Assembly (NCBI RefSeq): GCF_041146345.1
Contig: NW_027191413.1
Location: 558,001 to 622,000, forward strand
Source of the DNA: Neodothiora populina
Taxonomy: Eukaryota
Length of the DNA stretch: 64,000 nt
Direction: 5' to 3'
The translations under genes were made by a program, and so were the position numbers. Positions 60,989 to 64,000 of this stretch are shown one piece after another (the first letter of the stretch is position 1; each line of letters begins with the position of its first letter). A model generated the notes under the pieces. It did not search any database. It was not told where the DNA came from and was given only the letters and a program-made list of their open reading frames with translations.

Positions 60989-61751
60989 GGTGGCAGCTGA
61001 GCACGAATCGAATGTGAGCCATCAGAGATCACACATCAACCACTTAATAAGCAAACAAAAGCACATACTAGGGACAGTATCAGCTCGTTGCACCTACACT
61101 AGCCACAACATCGGCATCACTACGCTTTCAGCCTTGATGTCGAATAGTAGACGTCCAACTTCTTACGCATCCATTCAGGATAGTGTTCCTTCTGGAGAGC
61201 ATATGGTACATGAGGAAGGACGCATCTACTATATTAGCTTTATTGTAAGGGCCAGTGTGAATAGGCACACTACCCGGTCGACCTGCATTCAACTGATTCA
61301 GCGGCCTTTGTCACTGACTAGGTGCAGCCTGGGCCAGATGGTAGCTGAAATATGTTTCATCCATCGGGCACCGAATAATGCGGTGGAGTATAATACCCTG
61401 CTAGTACAATATATATGATAAGTGGCAGCACTTCATTCGTGCAGACATGCGCACAGGCGTTGGTGTCCGGGTTCGGGCCTACCTCGCATCTGCGCAGGCC
61501 GAGATGCCCTTAGTGGAAACGTCAGTACAAATGCACATTATGTGCGAATGGCCACAAATAGGCATCTCTTCCTGCGTCTGCCAAAACAACAGCATGCCTC
61601 ACTGGCACGGTCCTGACCTTACTCATGTGTGATGATTCAGGAGGGACTATCTTGAAGACGAGCCTGTTGATAGGTCTCATCAATGCCCAGAGATTGTGGA
61701 ATGCCACTTTGTAGTGTTCTATGATAAGAAAACTTGCTGTCCTTCCATGCA

Positions 61752-62303
61752 TCAATCCACTTGTTCACTGTATGAAGTTAGCAAGTCACATCTAGGACCT
61801 AGTGAGAGGACCAACCCATAGATGTTTTGTAGCTCTTTGACCGGTACCAAGCTCAGGTAAACCGTCAACACAGGAGTCTCCTGAAGCTTGTCTTTTGGAC
61901 GCATCACTTCAAAGTCCTCATCCATGTCATCGGCAGCATTTTCTGGTGGTGCATCAAGCGTAGCAGTCGATCCGGATCTGCCAGGACCCGGGGCCTTCGC
62001 TTTCATGAGCACCCTCTCAGTTGTCAGAGAAGAATATTGATAGACTCTCTCGCCCTTAGCTTTGAGGTCCCTCTTCGCGATCTCAACAGCGCTAATCAGC
62101 TTGTTAGCTGCCGCGGACCGAGCGTGGAGACTCGCAACAGCCGCCTTGTCTCCTTCTGAGGGTTGAGACAAGTGTCTGATCAAGGCTCCTGTGCGGCTTG
62201 CGACAGAATTTGACGAGATCACTCCCAGGCGAAGGAGGTCATACTTTTGGTCTAGACCAGATTCAAGTTGTGTTTTCTGAGCAGTCTTGTTATTTTCAGT
62301 CAT
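61752..62303 (-). CDS. Alba-like DNA/RNA-binding domain protein (possibly RNase P/MRP subunit-like)
   Basis: ISSNS, AANKLISAVEIAKR, YQYS and PVLTVYLSLVPV. Probable 48-nt intron 61768-61815 before GEQVD*. Confidence 0.7.
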   Translation of the reverse strand: MTENNKTAQKTQLESGLDQKYDLLRLGVISSNSVASRTGALIRHLSQPSEGDKAAVASLHARSAAANKLISAVEIAKRDLKAKGERVYQYSSLTTERVLMKAKAPGPGRSGSTATLDAPPENAADDMDEDFEVMRPKDKLQETPVLTVYLSLVPVKELQNIYGLVLSLGPRCDLLTSYSEQVD

Positions 62304-63827
62304 GACTTCGAGATTAGAGGCAATGCTCGTTTTGTAAATGCTTGACGATAAGAAGATCAGGTCGACTAGAAGACTAGACGCATCACTGCTTGACTTTCAG
62401 GGTATTTTGTCAGTTCATTCATCATGAGTGTTATGCATGAATTATAGAATTATAGGAACTTGAGCAGTAGTTCACGCTAACTTGAGTTCGACTGACTCGT
62501 GCATTGGGTAGCGGATATGGACGCATCACGTGACATAGTATATCGGCTCGATTGGGCTTGTCATCGAAAATCAAATTGAGTGACATATGTGCTAAGATTG
62601 TCACAAAAAGCCTATTGCGATGGTCAGACATTGTAGAGACCGAGGCATGAGGGCAAGTCGGCACTTCCCAAAAAACAATAATCTATTGCAGTGAGAAGAA
62701 TGCGAGCTCGTTGCACCCACGTTTGACGCTTGACGTGGCGACAACTAAAGCTGAAGCCGTCTTCCCCGGACGCACTACTGAGCTGCTGGCACCGGCAAAC
62801 CCAGGGCGAGGGTAAGGGTAAAGTCTGAAGCATACCACAAACCAGATATGCATCATTTAGTCTGGATTATATAGTTCGCCAGACAGGGTCTACTTGATGC
62901 ATTCGCTGGCATTGAAATGCGCCTATAGCGTCAGTGTGGCAGCTAAGCATGTATAAAGCACTAAATACGGATGTCGACAGAGGAATCCAGTGTCCGATTT
63001 CAACCATACAAAGTATAGCTGTGTAGCAATCATGAGAAGATGCAATATGCAGCCTTGCCTGTAGAATGCACGCCAATAGGAACAGGCAAACCCCATATCC
63101 GGGTGGATGCGCAAGTCAGGGATGGGGTGCGGGTGATGCGTCAGGACTGCATCGATTGATTATCGTATCACTCCTAAATTGGCAACGCCCCCCTTGGCGG
63201 CCGCGTCGGGACCGTTCCCATTCCCTCCTGGACATTCACCACTTTCAACCTTCACCTGCCGTGTTCCTAGTTCCCCTATAATTCTGCCTCCGATATCGTT
63301 TTTGTATTGCTGGTAGCCGATTGTTCTTTCCACACTGCGACAACGATACGCTGTTGACTGGCACTCTGAAGCGGCAAAGCCAAGCTTCCCTTTCCATTGC
63401 TTTCTAAAGCATCAGAACCGTGCCGGTGTTGCCTTTTCATTCCCACAGATTTCTAATCGCCGTCCTTGTCGACCTTGCGCGACATCACGCCTTCACGACA
63501 CCATTATTCGTTTTTAATACTTCTACCACTCCACCACGGAGCTTAATACTTTCTCGCAACACTCATTTGACAGCCACTCCTGGTGTTTGGTTTTGTCTCG
63601 ACTTTGCTTGTGCCATCAGGTTTTCTCCGTGCTTAACTCCACGATTACCTCATTTTCCACTTGCAGCGCAAGCTGGAGGTCCACACAGCCTGCGCAAACC
63701 AGTAGATGACTTTATAAGGATCTTTGCGTGAAGATTGCTCTTAAGTATCATGCAAGGTTTATTCAGACGGGCATGGTGTCACGATCAAAGCGACAAGAAA
63801 GAAAAGGCGTTGTTGTCAAATTCCACA

Positions 63828-64000
63828 ATGCGACCATCATCCCTACTCCACGTCACACCCTTGCTCAAAATGAAGCGCAAGCGCAGTGAAAGTCCTGGAG
63901 AAGACGACGCTTCTCTCATGCAACGCGATAGCAAGAGATCAAAACTGTCAAATCTAGGACGACAGACACCGATACAATCTCAAGACACTAGTCCTCATAC
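63828..64000 (+). CDS. Possible gene start running off the window end
   Basis: Open frame MRPSS...MKRKRSESPGEDD...SKRSKL with NLS-like basic clusters. Too short to identify. Confidence 0.35.
   Translation, partial: MRPSSLLHVTPLLKMKRKRSESPGEDDASLMQRDSKRSKLSNLGRQTPIQSQDTSPH

Noticed and set aside
1..64000. tRNA, rRNA, snRNA, telomerase-RNA template or intact transposase/RT
   Set aside because: None recognised by eye; tRNAscan-SE, Infernal/Rfam and RepeatMasker runs are needed to exclude them.

Overview
Gene-dense eukaryotic DNA from a filamentous ascomycete (Pezizomycotina, plausibly a Dothideomycete; the taxon is inferred). Introns are short, GT/GC-AG, with CTRAY branch points. About 25 recognisable genes are present: RQC1/TCF25 (partial), PTC5, steroid 5-alpha-reductase-like, RNR1, UPS2, SMP-30 lactonase, SCP2 thiolase, ATX1, palA/RIM20, a Zn2Cys6 factor, AVT2-like transporter, lipoate ligase, CDC10, MRPL32, SKI8, KEX1, GLE2, a catalase-like heme protein, RUD3, MPP10, GUK1, an F-box-like ORF, ARD1 and an Alba-like protein. 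The most unusual items are: (1) an orphan ORF at 10.4-11.3 kb whose motif order matches a PemK/MazF-type endoribonuclease fold, followed by a degenerate 90-bp tandem repeat; (2) an accessory block at 53-59.5 kb with two paralogous small Cys-rich ORFs sharing Cys/His spacing, plus possible decayed copies; (3) dual-targeting signatures in PTC5 (presequence plus PKL) and GUK1 (upstream in-frame presequence); (4) RIP-like TpA-rich spacers around the Zn2Cys6 gene. I recognised no tRNA, rRNA, CRISPR array or intact transposon. All assignments were made by eye, without database searches.
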